Assembly (NCBI GenBank): GCA_019428855.1
Contig: JAHYJV010000004.1
Location: 1 to 54,187 of the forward strand
Source: Patescibacteria group bacterium
GTDB taxonomy: Bacteria; Patescibacteriota; Minisyncoccia; JAHIHE01; JAGLIN01
DNA: 54,187 nt
Direction of reading: 5' to 3'
Part shown: piece by piece, positions 17,689 through 27,145 of the stretch
Layout of the letters: each line of letters opens with the position of its first letter
Position numbering within the stretch: the first letter of the stretch is position 1
Made by a program: the position numbers and the translations under genes
Notes under the pieces: generated by a model
What the model was told of the DNA's origin: nothing
What the model saw: only the letters and a program-made list of their open reading frames with translations
Databases searched by the model: none

Positions 17689-18837
17689 TTATTTAATTAA
17701 ACTCCTGTACAATTTCACAATTTTTTCCACCCATGGAACAATCTCAAATTTTCTGGCATTTTCCTTGGCTTTCTCAGCCATTTTTTTTCTCAATTCCTCG
17801 TTTCCTGCGATTTGCAAAACTTTTTCAGCGAATTCTTCTTCTGAATTACTAGTTAAAAATCCGTCTTCTCCGTCTTGCACAATATCCTCAATTCCGCTAG
17901 CACGAATCGCCACCACCGGGGAGCCAGCTGCCATCGCTTCAACTGCCACAAGCCCTTGTGTTTCCGTGTGGGAAGCAAAAACAAAAATATCGCTGGCTTG
18001 ATAGAGATTGATAATTTCATTTTTATCAACAAGTCCCGTAAAAACAACATCTTTTTCCAGCCCAATATTTTTCGCCATTTCTTCCAGCTCTTTTCTCACC
18101 GCACCATCCCCTACTATCATCAACTTAATCTTTCCAAACTTCTTCTTCATCAAAGAAAATGATTCTACAATAAATTTTATATTTTTTTCTTCCACAAGCC
18201 TGCTCGCAGTAATAAGCATTATCTCGTCGGATTTAATTTTATATTTCTCACGAATCTGATTTCTTTGACAAGTAGAATTGGCGAAATTATCAATATCTAT
18301 GCCGCTTGGGATGATACTAATTGGAGCCACAATTTTATGATCCCGAAGTAATGTCTTTATCGCTGTTGAAGGAGCGATGACATTATCACATTGATTCGAA
18401 TAACCAACTGTCACTTTTCTGATATATTTTTTAGCGATGAAACCAGGAACCAAAGGGATATAGTGAGAATAGTCTTCATACTTAATGTGATAAGTAAAAA
18501 CCAAAGGAATATTCAACTCCTTGGAAAATTTCAATGCCTCCGAACCCAATGAATATGGCTGATGAGAATGTAGAATGTCCAACTTTAAATCCTTGACAAC
18601 CTCCTTCATCTTTGATCCAAATGGAATTGGAATGACATAAAAATATCCACCATAATTAAAGCGGACACTTTTATAACGATAAATATTTTTTACTTCATCT
18701 TGATAGTTTGGATATTGTGGCGCAAAAATAAATACTTCGTGCCCTGACCCTTCAAGACCCTTGGAAAGATTAATAACCGAGGTTTCCATTCCACCTTTCG
18801 AAGGTGTATAATAATTGATAAACATTCCTATTCTCAT
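17689..18837 (-). CDS. Glycosyltransferase family 4 (GT-B)
   Basis: The C-terminal ETQGLVAVEAMAAGSPVVA motif supports GT4. Start chosen at MRIGMFINYY (18837); the track start at 18894 would overlap the upstream gene by 35 nt. Confidence 0.85.
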   Translation of the reverse strand: MRIGMFINYYTPSKGGMETSVINLSKGLEGSGHEVFIFAPQYPNYQDEVKNIYRYKSVRFNYGGYFYVIPIPFGSKMKEVVKDLKLDILHSHQPYSLGSEALKFSKELNIPLVFTYHIKYEDYSHYIPLVPGFIAKKYIRKVTVGYSNQCDNVIAPSTAIKTLLRDHKIVAPISIIPSGIDIDNFANSTCQRNQIREKYKIKSDEIMLITASRLVEEKNIKFIVESFSLMKKKFGKIKLMIVGDGAVRKELEEMAKNIGLEKDVVFTGLVDKNEIINLYQASDIFVFASHTETQGLVAVEAMAAGSPVVAIRASGIEDIVQDGEDGFLTSNSEEEFAEKVLQIAGNEELRKKMAEKAKENARKFEIVPWVEKIVKLYRSLIK

Positions 18838-18859
18838 ATTTTTTTTATTAGTTATAAAT

Positions 18860-19339
18860 CTATTTTTCAACTTCTTTATTTTTCCGATCTTCAATTATTT
18901 TCAAGCTTTTTTTTATATGAAAAACTATGCTATTCCAAAATGAAGGAAGATACACAAAGCTCGCAAAAATCATGGCTATCAAAATAACAGCATCATAACT
19001 CATACGAGTCCAATAATCGTCCTCGAGCTTAAACCACATTCCAATTTCATCAAAAGTCAATGCAATTCCAATGCCATATAAAATTCCAATTTTAAGCCTA
19101 TTTTTGTCATCTTTGTGAACAAGAGCAAGAAACCCGGCAATAGCCATAATGACAATTCCGTAATTAAGATGATGAATATGATAACCTTTTATATAAAGAT
19201 ATGGATCGTCTATAACTCCAAAAGTTCCCAACAAGACATAAATCCTGACAATTATAAATGTCAATAAAAAAGAAACAAGTACCACAAAACTCATTCTTTT
19301 CCTATGTCTTTCTACAAGTTTATAATAAAAATGATTCAA
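18860..19339 (-). CDS. Hypothetical integral membrane protein
   Basis: 159 aa with about 4 hydrophobic helices. It lies in the same operon as the glycosyltransferases. Confidence 0.65.
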   Translation of the reverse strand: MNHFYYKLVERHRKRMSFVVLVSFLLTFIIVRIYVLLGTFGVIDDPYLYIKGYHIHHLNYGIVIMAIAGFLALVHKDDKNRLKIGILYGIGIALTFDEIGMWFKLEDDYWTRMSYDAVILIAMIFASFVYLPSFWNSIVFHIKKSLKIIEDRKNKEVEK

Positions 19340-19371
19340 CTTTATATTAGCTTAATGATAAATAATAAAAG

Positions 19372-20286
19372 TTAATAATACCTAACATCAATTTTTGAAA
19401 ACATAAGGTCAAATTCTATGTCTACTTTTTTTATCACACTATCATAATTTGAACTTGTATATTCTTTCAAGCTTCTTTCCATTCCAATGTCATTAAAATT
19501 ATCAGTGATTAGAAACTTGTCTAATGATATTTTCACACCCATCTCTCTTGGTATTCTCAAGTTAATTTTAGAACCTCTTGATTTTATTCTCATCTTCTTA
19601 ATTGCATTATTAACGATTATTTCATTGTCACTTAAATTAGAATCTAAAATGAATTCCGAAACATTAAGATTTGCTGCATTAAACTTATTGACACTCATTT
19701 TGGTATTAGCTTTTATTCTAACTGGGAGTTCTTTTCCGATTTTAAGATCCCATAAATGATTGTCTTCCCAAGGACTAAAAATATAATTGCTAAGAGAATT
19801 TCCAGAAATTTCATATATGTCCCCTATGTCAAACTCTCGATAGTATGTGTACGGAACAACACCACGTGACACAGAAAGATCACCGGTAATTAGATTACTC
19901 TCGTTCTCATTTATAAATAGCGTCCCTGAAGAAAAGTCCAAATTAATATCAACCACCTTGTCCTTAGAGACAGGCTCTTGGTTTATTTTATATGTTTCTA
20001 TTTTTCTAGGTTCAAAAAGGTCGCCATCCTGATAAACATAAGCTATGCCAAAAACAGCGAACACAACTATAATTGGAGACAAAATCTTTATAAAAGAAAG
20101 TTTTGTTTTCCTGCAAATCATATCAATCCCAACAACTACAAAAAAAAGAGGCCATAATCGTAAAAATTGATACACAACATTAATCTCCAAAAAACCTAGA
20201 GAAATCCAGAGGGACACGAACCCAAAAAGAAGAATATAAAGACCATTTGAAATTCTTTCAATTATTTTTGACATTTTGTTTGACAA
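19372..20286 (-). CDS. Hypothetical membrane protein, LiaF-like architecture (N-terminal TM bundle plus beta-rich C-terminal domain)
   Basis: 304 aa. The LRLWPLFFVVVGIDM motif resembles LiaF-type N-terminal TM regions. The family assignment is tentative. Confidence 0.6.
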   Translation of the reverse strand: MSNKMSKIIERISNGLYILLFGFVSLWISLGFLEINVVYQFLRLWPLFFVVVGIDMICRKTKLSFIKILSPIIVVFAVFGIAYVYQDGDLFEPRKIETYKINQEPVSKDKVVDINLDFSSGTLFINENESNLITGDLSVSRGVVPYTYYREFDIGDIYEISGNSLSNYIFSPWEDNHLWDLKIGKELPVRIKANTKMSVNKFNAANLNVSEFILDSNLSDNEIIVNNAIKKMRIKSRGSKINLRIPREMGVKISLDKFLITDNFNDIGMERSLKEYTSSNYDSVIKKVDIEFDLMFSKIDVRYY

Positions 20287-20455
20287 TTATCTTATTTAAT
20301 TAATTATACCATACTTTCGGAAATAATTTAACACTTACAAATCATCATTAAAAAAAATAGCAATCTAAACTGCGAAAGAAATTTTTTACTACAATTTTGA
20401 GCTAAATAAAAACTATCATAGCGATAGTCTTTATAAAAGGAAAATTTATTTGTGC

Positions 20456-21106
20456 TTATTTATCTTCTCTTTTTTCTAATTCCCTGTCTATTAAATATCT
20501 AAAATCATCAATCTTAGGAAGATACCTGCTATTTTCAGAATTAATAACTTTTTTACCATTAACATAGAATGTTGGAGTGCCTGTCAGATCATCCAATTCT
20601 CCCATAGATTTTTCTTTATTAATTTTATCAATATATTTATTATCAGCCATACAATTGTTAAATTTATCCATCTCTAATTCTAACTCAACTGCAAATTTAC
20701 CTAGATTTTCTAATTGCAGATTATTTTGATTTTTATAAAGTTTTTCATGCATGTCCCAAAATTTTCCTTGTTCTCTGGCACATTCAGATGCCATTGAAGC
20801 ATTCTCCGCATTTTCATGGATGCTTAAAGGAAAATGACGATAATCAAGCCAAACCTTTCCCTCATAATCTTTCAAAATTTCTTCTAAGACGACATACATA
20901 TTTCCACAAGCAGGACATTGATAATCTCCGTATTCCGTAATCGTCACAACATCAGGATTATGCTCATAATCAGAAATCAGTGCATCTTTTTCAATCGTAT
21001 CACCTGAAAAATATATTATGGCTCCAAAAATGACCACAATAACTCCCAAGAAAAAAATGGGACTGGAAAGAATTTTTTGCATAGTGCTTTCATTATTTTT
21101 TTTCAT
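20456..21106 (-). CDS. Membrane-anchored DsbA-family thiol:disulfide oxidoreductase
   Basis: 216 aa with an N-terminal TM helix, the active site YGDYQCPACGNM, and HFPL(S)IHENA plus GTPTFYVNG (cis-Pro loop region). Confidence 0.88.
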   Translation of the reverse strand: MKKNNESTMQKILSSPIFFLGVIVVIFGAIIYFSGDTIEKDALISDYEHNPDVVTITEYGDYQCPACGNMYVVLEEILKDYEGKVWLDYRHFPLSIHENAENASMASECAREQGKFWDMHEKLYKNQNNLQLENLGKFAVELELEMDKFNNCMADNKYIDKINKEKSMGELDDLTGTPTFYVNGKKVINSENSRYLPKIDDFRYLIDRELEKREDK

Positions 21107-21124
21107 TATTTTTATTTTTATGAA

Positions 21125-22204
21125 TTAATTATTATTTATTTTTTTCTCAATTATGTTTTCAAATTCTTCAAAGGGTTGAGCACCACTTAAAAATTCATTA
21201 TTAATAAAAAATGCTGGAGTTCCGCTAATTCCGTATGCCAAACCAATTTCAATATCGCTCTGAACTTTTTCTTCATATTTTCCAGAATCAAGACAATCAC
21301 TAAATTCATCCACATCTAAGTCTAAATTTTTTGCGGTTTTCTTGAGATCAGGGATTAATAATTTATTTTGATCTTCAAACATCGCATCATGCATTTCCCA
21401 AAATTTTCCTTGATCATTGGCACATTCTGAGGCCTCGGCTGCTTTTTTGGCATTATCGTGAATTGGTAGAGGGAAATGTTTAAATACTATCCTAACATCC
21501 TCTCCGTATTTATCAAGAACCTGTTGAACTGTTTCTTTTGCACCAGAACAAAAGGGGCATTCAAAATCACTAAACTCAACAATAGTGATTTTAGCATCTT
21601 CAGAACCTTTTGAAATATCATTATCACTAATTTGAAATACTTCTAAATATCTACCAACGGGAATACCAATCATAGCTGTATTTAAATAATAGTTTTCATC
21701 CTTGTTAAGAAAAACATCTTTGATTTGCTCGTATTCTTTGATTTCAACGAGCCGATTATCAAAAATTAACGCCGGAATTGATTTTATGAAAAAAGTTTCA
21801 ATTAATTCAACAGCTTCTGGAGTTTCAAAACCAATGTCTTGCACATTTAATGTTGGAATAGCCGTACTCTTAATCATCTCAATAACTTCTTGATAATCGC
21901 AATTTTCACAATCTTTATCAGTGATTATTCTTACATTCACTACTGGATCATCAAAAGCAACCCAGGTTTTTCCGTTTTGTTCGAATGCCTTAACTTCTCC
22001 TCCTGGAATTTTTATTTCGTCATTAGAAAAAAAATCAATTCCGAAACTTCCAGTGATAATAAAGCCCATGAGCAAACCGAAAATTATCAAAATGGCATTA
22101 AAATCGATGATTTTTTTACTTTTTTTGCGAGAATTTTGACTTAATGCGAGATTAGTAAACTTATCGCTATCATTTTCTCCGTCAAAATTATTTATTATCT
22201 CCAT
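21125..22204 (-). CDS. Two-domain DsbA-family protein (extra N-terminal thioredoxin-like domain)
   Basis: 359 aa with a TM anchor, an N-terminal domain carrying CENC, and a C-terminal DsbA domain with FSDFECPFCSG, HFPLPIHDNA and GTPAFFINN. Confidence 0.85.
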   Translation of the reverse strand: MEIINNFDGENDSDKFTNLALSQNSRKKSKKIIDFNAILIIFGLLMGFIITGSFGIDFFSNDEIKIPGGEVKAFEQNGKTWVAFDDPVVNVRIITDKDCENCDYQEVIEMIKSTAIPTLNVQDIGFETPEAVELIETFFIKSIPALIFDNRLVEIKEYEQIKDVFLNKDENYYLNTAMIGIPVGRYLEVFQISDNDISKGSEDAKITIVEFSDFECPFCSGAKETVQQVLDKYGEDVRIVFKHFPLPIHDNAKKAAEASECANDQGKFWEMHDAMFEDQNKLLIPDLKKTAKNLDLDVDEFSDCLDSGKYEEKVQSDIEIGLAYGISGTPAFFINNEFLSGAQPFEEFENIIEKKINNN

Positions 22205-22214
22205 ACAAGAAATT

Positions 22215-22982
22215 TTAATTGTTATTAATTTTCGATAATTTATTTTTCTTTACTAATTTTAATATTACAAAAGGTAATATTAATAGTAACAACCATTGAC
22301 TATGGGTCAAATTATAATATCTACTATCACAAAGGTATAAATCCGTGCAACGCACAAAGTCGGAAAAGAATCTAATCACTATATAAACAAGTATAACTAA
22401 TAGTGTTAATATTCCTTCCTTTAGATTTACCTTTCTAAGATAGCAAATTATGACAATAATGACAATACCACCAATAAGATGATATAGCGCCACAGGATGA
22501 CGTATGCTTCCATCAAGATATATTCTTCCCCACGGTAAATTAGTAATTTTCCCAATATGGTCATAAACCAAAAAACATCCAATTCTAGTTATGATTAAAG
22601 CAATAATCGCTCCCAAAATCAAATTATCTAGTATTTTATATATATTAATTTTTTTAGATTTGGCATAAATATACAGGAAAATATACGACAGTAAAACACC
22701 ACCCAAAAAAGAAAATCCACTACTATATATATAAATAATGTCCTCAACGCCTTTTATTGTATTATAATTGAATAATATATCAGCTGACTTAGAGCCCAAA
22801 ATCATTCCAATAAGCATAATTACAAAAATGTCCCAGATATAATCTTGATTAATATTCTTTTTCTTGGCATCCTTTAACGACAGATATAATGCCAGAAGGA
22901 CCCCGACAGCCACAAATAAACCCCAAATTTGAATTGTAATTGGTCCAAAAGTTATGCTATTGTATGAAAAGTATGGAATCAT
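22215..22982 (-). CDS. lgt: Prolipoprotein diacylglyceryl transferase
   Basis: 255 aa, polytopic, with FGPITIQIWGLFVAVGVLLAL, RIGCFLVYDHIGKITNLPWG and RHPVALYH. Confidence 0.8.
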   Translation of the reverse strand: MIPYFSYNSITFGPITIQIWGLFVAVGVLLALYLSLKDAKKKNINQDYIWDIFVIMLIGMILGSKSADILFNYNTIKGVEDIIYIYSSGFSFLGGVLLSYIFLYIYAKSKKINIYKILDNLILGAIIALIITRIGCFLVYDHIGKITNLPWGRIYLDGSIRHPVALYHLIGGIVIIVIICYLRKVNLKEGILTLLVILVYIVIRFFSDFVRCTDLYLCDSRYYNLTHSQWLLLLILPFVILKLVKKNKLSKINNN

Positions 22983-23109
22983 TATGGTTATTTAAAGTTC
23001 GCTGATTTTCTCCGATTATTCCTCTCTTGGATAAAAAGAATCGAAATCCCCCTGTTTTAAATTTTGATAAATTTATCTTATTTAAGAAAAATAGCTGAAA
23101 ATTATTACA

Positions 23110-23132
23110 TTAAGGAGGTTCAACCTCCTTAA
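23110..23132 (-). terminator. Hairpin overlapping the uvrC stop codon
   Basis: ttaaggagg-ttcaa-cctccttaa forms a 9-bp stem. The downstream minus-strand sequence is only moderately T-rich. Confidence 0.45.
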
Positions 23133-24346
23133 TTTTTTATACTTCTTAGCTTGCGATGATAAGAAATTGCAAACCGATGTGCTTCATCACGCATTTTTTT
23201 AATGAATTCAATATCGGGGAAAATATATCCTCTTGGGGATGAGGAAAATAATTTCTCCCCTTTTCGATCTGGTCCTTTGGCAATTGCAACTATGGGGATA
23301 TTCAAATTATAATTTTTCAAAACCATACGAGCAACATTTTTCTGTCCCAAGCCCCCATCAACGATGATTAAAGATGGCATCTGCCAATCTTGATGGGTGA
23401 ATCTTCTCTCAAATACTTCCTTGAGCATAGCAACATCATTTGCCCCAGCAACGGACTTTATTTTGAATTTTCGATATTCGTTTTTATCTGGCTTGCCAAG
23501 AGAAAATACCACCATACTTCCCACAGAATGTTCACCACTCATATTAGAAATATCATAAGCCTCCGCTCGAAGGGGAAATTTTTCATACTTATTTTTCAAC
23601 ATTTCATCTTTTCTGATAAACGCCGTGTCTCGAATATGATTCAAGGAAAACAATTGATTTCGTTTAATTGCCGCACTCTCATATTTCATTTCTTTTGAGT
23701 CCTGCTTCATTCCCTGCTCAATTTTCTTGATTATCATTTCTTTCTTTCCTGATAAGAATAATTTTATATTATTGATAATTTTTTGATATTCTTTTTTTGA
23801 AATATCACCAACTTTTCCAGAAGCATAGCCTTTCATATAGTATCTTCGATATAAGTTTGTAGTTTTATTTTCCTGACTACTATCATAATCAAAAATATTT
23901 ACCAAGAGGCCGATAACCTTTTCAGCTTCCCATTTTGAAAGATATGGCCCAAAAATATATTTCGATTTAATTTTCTTTTTATCTGTGGGCCTCGTGATTA
24001 AAACCTTGGGATATTCTTCATTAGTGATAATTATATTCACAAAGGATTTATCATCTTTTAGTTTGATGTTATATTTCGGTGTAAATTTATTGATGAGATT
24101 CGCTTCCAAAATCAAAGCTTCCATAACATTGTCTGTTTCCTTGTAAACAATTTTGTCTATGTCTTTAACAAGGGCAGCAGTCTTATTATCAAGTGCGCCA
24201 GTGAAATATGAACTAACTCTATTTTTCAAGGAAGTTGCCTTGCCGATATAAATAATTTTGTCAGCTTTATCTTTCATTAAATAAACCCCAGGTGAATCTG
24301 GAAATTTTTTAACTTTCTTCTTTGTATCGTTTTGATGATTTTGCAT
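23129..24346 (-). CDS. uvrC: Excinuclease ABC subunit C, compact form lacking the C-terminal (HhH)2 domain
   Basis: 405 aa with GIY-YIG (PGVYLMKDKADKIIYIGKATSLKNRVSSYF), a UVR-like MKYESAAIKRNQLFSL, and YDISNMSGEHSVGSMVVF, IIVDGGLGQ, EAHRFAISYHR. The protein ends right after that last motif. Confidence 0.85.
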   Translation of the reverse strand: MQNHQNDTKKKVKKFPDSPGVYLMKDKADKIIYIGKATSLKNRVSSYFTGALDNKTAALVKDIDKIVYKETDNVMEALILEANLINKFTPKYNIKLKDDKSFVNIIITNEEYPKVLITRPTDKKKIKSKYIFGPYLSKWEAEKVIGLLVNIFDYDSSQENKTTNLYRRYYMKGYASGKVGDISKKEYQKIINNIKLFLSGKKEMIIKKIEQGMKQDSKEMKYESAAIKRNQLFSLNHIRDTAFIRKDEMLKNKYEKFPLRAEAYDISNMSGEHSVGSMVVFSLGKPDKNEYRKFKIKSVAGANDVAMLKEVFERRFTHQDWQMPSLIIVDGGLGQKNVARMVLKNYNLNIPIVAIAKGPDRKGEKLFSSSPRGYIFPDIEFIKKMRDEAHRFAISYHRKLRSIKN

Positions 24347-24514
24347 TTATCTAAAATAAAAAAAGAAATAAAAATTGTATTTATCATTCTTGTAAATACA
24401 GGTTCTAGAATTAAACTTGAAAGAATAGACACTAAAAGCTACATCTTAATCTCATCATAACTGAACAAAAAAACTGGCAATAGAACCAATTTTTTTACAG
24501 TTCATTAAAAATAT

Positions 24515-24826
24515 TTATAAATCGCAGCCGACTCCTGCCATTTGAATTGCCTTAGTCGGACATTCTGTTTCGCAAATTCCACAACCCTTGCAATAATCCA
24601 TATCCGCATCTGTCACCCTTATTTTTTCTTTTCCATCAACAATAATTTTTTCTGTCTTAATTGCCATATCAGGACAAAATACTGCGCAACGCATACAGTC
24701 AATACATTTTTGCTTATCACGCACCGGCATTTTTGCTTTCCAGTTTCCCGTCTTAAATTCTTTTGAATTTCCCGCTTCAATTATTTTTCCCCCGATTGGG
24801 ATTTGTTTTGATGTTTTCAATTTCAT
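24515..24826 (-). CDS. porD: 2-oxoacid:ferredoxin oxidoreductase delta subunit (2x[4Fe-4S] ferredoxin-like)
   Basis: 103 aa with CIDCMRCAVFCPD and CKGCGICETECP. It lies immediately downstream of the gamma subunit. Confidence 0.85.
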   Translation of the reverse strand: MKLKTSKQIPIGGKIIEAGNSKEFKTGNWKAKMPVRDKQKCIDCMRCAVFCPDMAIKTEKIIVDGKEKIRVTDADMDYCKGCGICETECPTKAIQMAGVGCDL

Positions 24827-24870
24827 AAATTATTAACTTAAATATTTTATTTTTTATTTTTTTTGAAAAT

Positions 24871-25440
24871 CTATATTTCTATAGTTTCATATCCTTCTTT
24901 CAACGCCTCAATGTTTTTCTCCACCATTTCTGCGGATAATTTTTTCTCAAACTTTTCTTTTGTTTCTTCAATAGCATGTTCATATGGAATCAGAGGAACG
25001 AGCTTTATAATAACTCCCATAATGGCTGTATTTGGTAAATCTCTGCCAATTATTTTCATCGCTATTCCCTTGGCATCAACTGTATAAATTTTACATTTTT
25101 TCTTTTTCAATTTTTTCTTAAGGCTCTCAACTTTTTCACATGTGTTTACAACTACAATTCCGCCATCAGCCAAGCCTTCTATCACATCAACATTCAAAAG
25201 AAGTGAAGGATCCAAGACAACTACCATATCAGGAGTTCTGATGTCGCTATACAAATTAATAGGATTTTTACTCAGTCTCAGAAATGTTTTCATTGGAGCT
25301 CCCGATCTTTCTGGTCCATATTCTGAAAAAGCTTGCGCAAAACACCCTTCCTCAATTGAAGCTTCAGCAATAATTTGCGCCGCCGTTTTAGCACCCTGTC
25401 CGCCACGAGAATGAATTCTGATTTGATATATATTTTCCAT
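24871..25440 (-). CDS. porC: 2-oxoacid:ferredoxin oxidoreductase gamma subunit
   Basis: 189 aa with IRIHSRGGQGAKTAAQIIAEA, typical of the POR/VOR gamma N-terminus. Confidence 0.85.
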   Translation of the reverse strand: MENIYQIRIHSRGGQGAKTAAQIIAEASIEEGCFAQAFSEYGPERSGAPMKTFLRLSKNPINLYSDIRTPDMVVVLDPSLLLNVDVIEGLADGGIVVVNTCEKVESLKKKLKKKKCKIYTVDAKGIAMKIIGRDLPNTAIMGVIIKLVPLIPYEHAIEETKEKFEKKLSAEMVEKNIEALKEGYETIEI

Positions 25441-25805
25441 AATAATTTAAGATTAATAATATTAATAAAAAAAATAAAGTTCAGGAAATACAACCGACTC
25501 ATAACTTATAATGGCTATGATAAAAATAATTATACCACGAAAAATGGTTTCTTCAAACTTTTTCTGTTTCTTACTGTTATTATTAAATATATTCCGTATA
25601 AACCAATTAACCCTATGCCAATCATTATAACTGCTAAATCGTTGATAGTCCGAGTATCAAATTAACAAGACTTATTACCGCAAAAAGGACATCCTCGGAC
25701 AGGTTTAAAAATTGAGGTGACATAAATTTCGGAAGAACAAAAATAAATGCAAGTCATAAAAATGAAATGATAATTACCTTTTTCTTGCTCATATGTTTTT
25801 TATAT

Positions 25806-26834
25806 TTAATTATTAATTTTCCATGTCTCAATAATTGGTACAACAGTTATATAAGGAATAACAACTGTTCTCATTTTAACAGACAAGATGTCTTTCAATT
25901 CAACCATTTGCTTCTCTGTTAAATATCCAGAATATTGCAAGGTTATCTCAATCGTAGTTACTTCACTCTGTTCATTGATCTCAACGCTTGTAATCGTGGA
26001 ATCAGGAATGATAGCTGCGATAGTTTCTCTGACCACATTCTGTCCGTTACTTTCCTTAACAATATTACTTGTAATCAAAAAAAGTATTGTAGCCATAAAA
26101 ATTAATAATAAAGATGCCCAACGAATATTACTTTTTCTTTGTTCTTTTCCTTTTTCGGAAATTGGTCCCTTAAACCTTGCCATTAGGAATAGAATAGAGG
26201 ATGAAAAAGTAACTGCAATAAGATTTGACATCAGAAGAATAAAGGCCCCACCTGCCATCGACAGATTCCCGTGAGAAATCGAAAGTCCCATCACTGCAAT
26301 CGGAGGAACAATAGCCGCGGCAATTACAACTCCGGCAATTGAGGCACCAATTTTTGGATAGGTAATAACAAAAGCACCGACAAATCCAGCTGCAAGAGCG
26401 ATGAAAAGTTCAAAAATTGTCGGTGAGGTACGAGACAAAAATTCACTTCCCTGTAAGGCATAACCTGGAGACATAAAACCCAAAAGAAAAGCAATCACAA
26501 AAATAACTGATGTACTTTTCAACAAAGTAAAAACAGAGCTCTGAATCAGTTTTGATTTACCTCTGATTATAGCCATTGACAAACTAAGGATTGGCCACAC
26601 CAAGGGAGCGAGAAGCATTCCGCCAATAACTACCGCGGACGAATTTACCACCAATCCCAATGTTATAATTATCCCAGAAAATATTGTCAAAACATAATAA
26701 TCAAAATCCCCTTTTGCATTTTCCTTAATTTCCTCATAAACTTTAGCTTGTCTTTTGCAATCGACATGAAATGGATCTATTATTTTTTCCATATCCTTTA
26801 TTTTTTCTTTGACAATTTCTTCTTGTATTTCCAT
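25806..26834 (-). CDS. DUF389-like integral membrane protein
   Basis: 342 aa with a soluble N-terminus followed by VVIGGMLLAPLVWPIL and repeated Gly/Ala-rich TM helices. The family call is from memory of DUF389 motifs. Confidence 0.65.
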   Translation of the reverse strand: MEIQEEIVKEKIKDMEKIIDPFHVDCKRQAKVYEEIKENAKGDFDYYVLTIFSGIIITLGLVVNSSAVVIGGMLLAPLVWPILSLSMAIIRGKSKLIQSSVFTLLKSTSVIFVIAFLLGFMSPGYALQGSEFLSRTSPTIFELFIALAAGFVGAFVITYPKIGASIAGVVIAAAIVPPIAVMGLSISHGNLSMAGGAFILLMSNLIAVTFSSSILFLMARFKGPISEKGKEQRKSNIRWASLLLIFMATILFLITSNIVKESNGQNVVRETIAAIIPDSTITSVEINEQSEVTTIEITLQYSGYLTEKQMVELKDILSVKMRTVVIPYITVVPIIETWKINN

Positions 26835-27004
26835 AGTTTTATTTTATTATTAAAAAGAATTTCTAAATTATATAGAGCCTACTGATTTCCATTTTTTTAA
26901 ATTAAATGAGATAAATTTATCAAATCTGAATATATAATTTAATGCATGGAGATTTTAATATTTACTAAACAGGGACAGTCCTTTTTAATTTTGTCCTCCT
27001 TTTT

Positions 27005-27119
27005 AGGGGGAGCTAGAGGTGGTAGGAATTAGGTAGATTGTATTTTAGACATCAGTGGAATTTACCCCTCCTAATCCCTCCATTTGACTACCGCTCTAGG
27101 CAGGCTCTTGTCTCCCCTT
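27005..27119. ncRNA. GC-rich rod-like hairpin (~115 nt), candidate small structured RNA or element
   Basis: Consecutive pairings are aggggag/ctcccctt, ctagag/ctctag, gtggtag/ctaccgc (one G-U), gaattagg/cctaatcc (7 of 8) and ggtagatt/aatttacc. It lies in an otherwise AT-rich spacer. Confidence 0.4.
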
Positions 27120-27145
27120 ACCTAGCGAGAGGAATATTTTATAAG

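Noticed and set aside
27005-27119. Calling the rod-like hairpin the 4.5S/SRP RNA.
   Set aside because: The size and shape fit. However, the conserved domain-IV elements (GNAR tetraloop with flanking AGG...AGCA loops) are not present on either strand.
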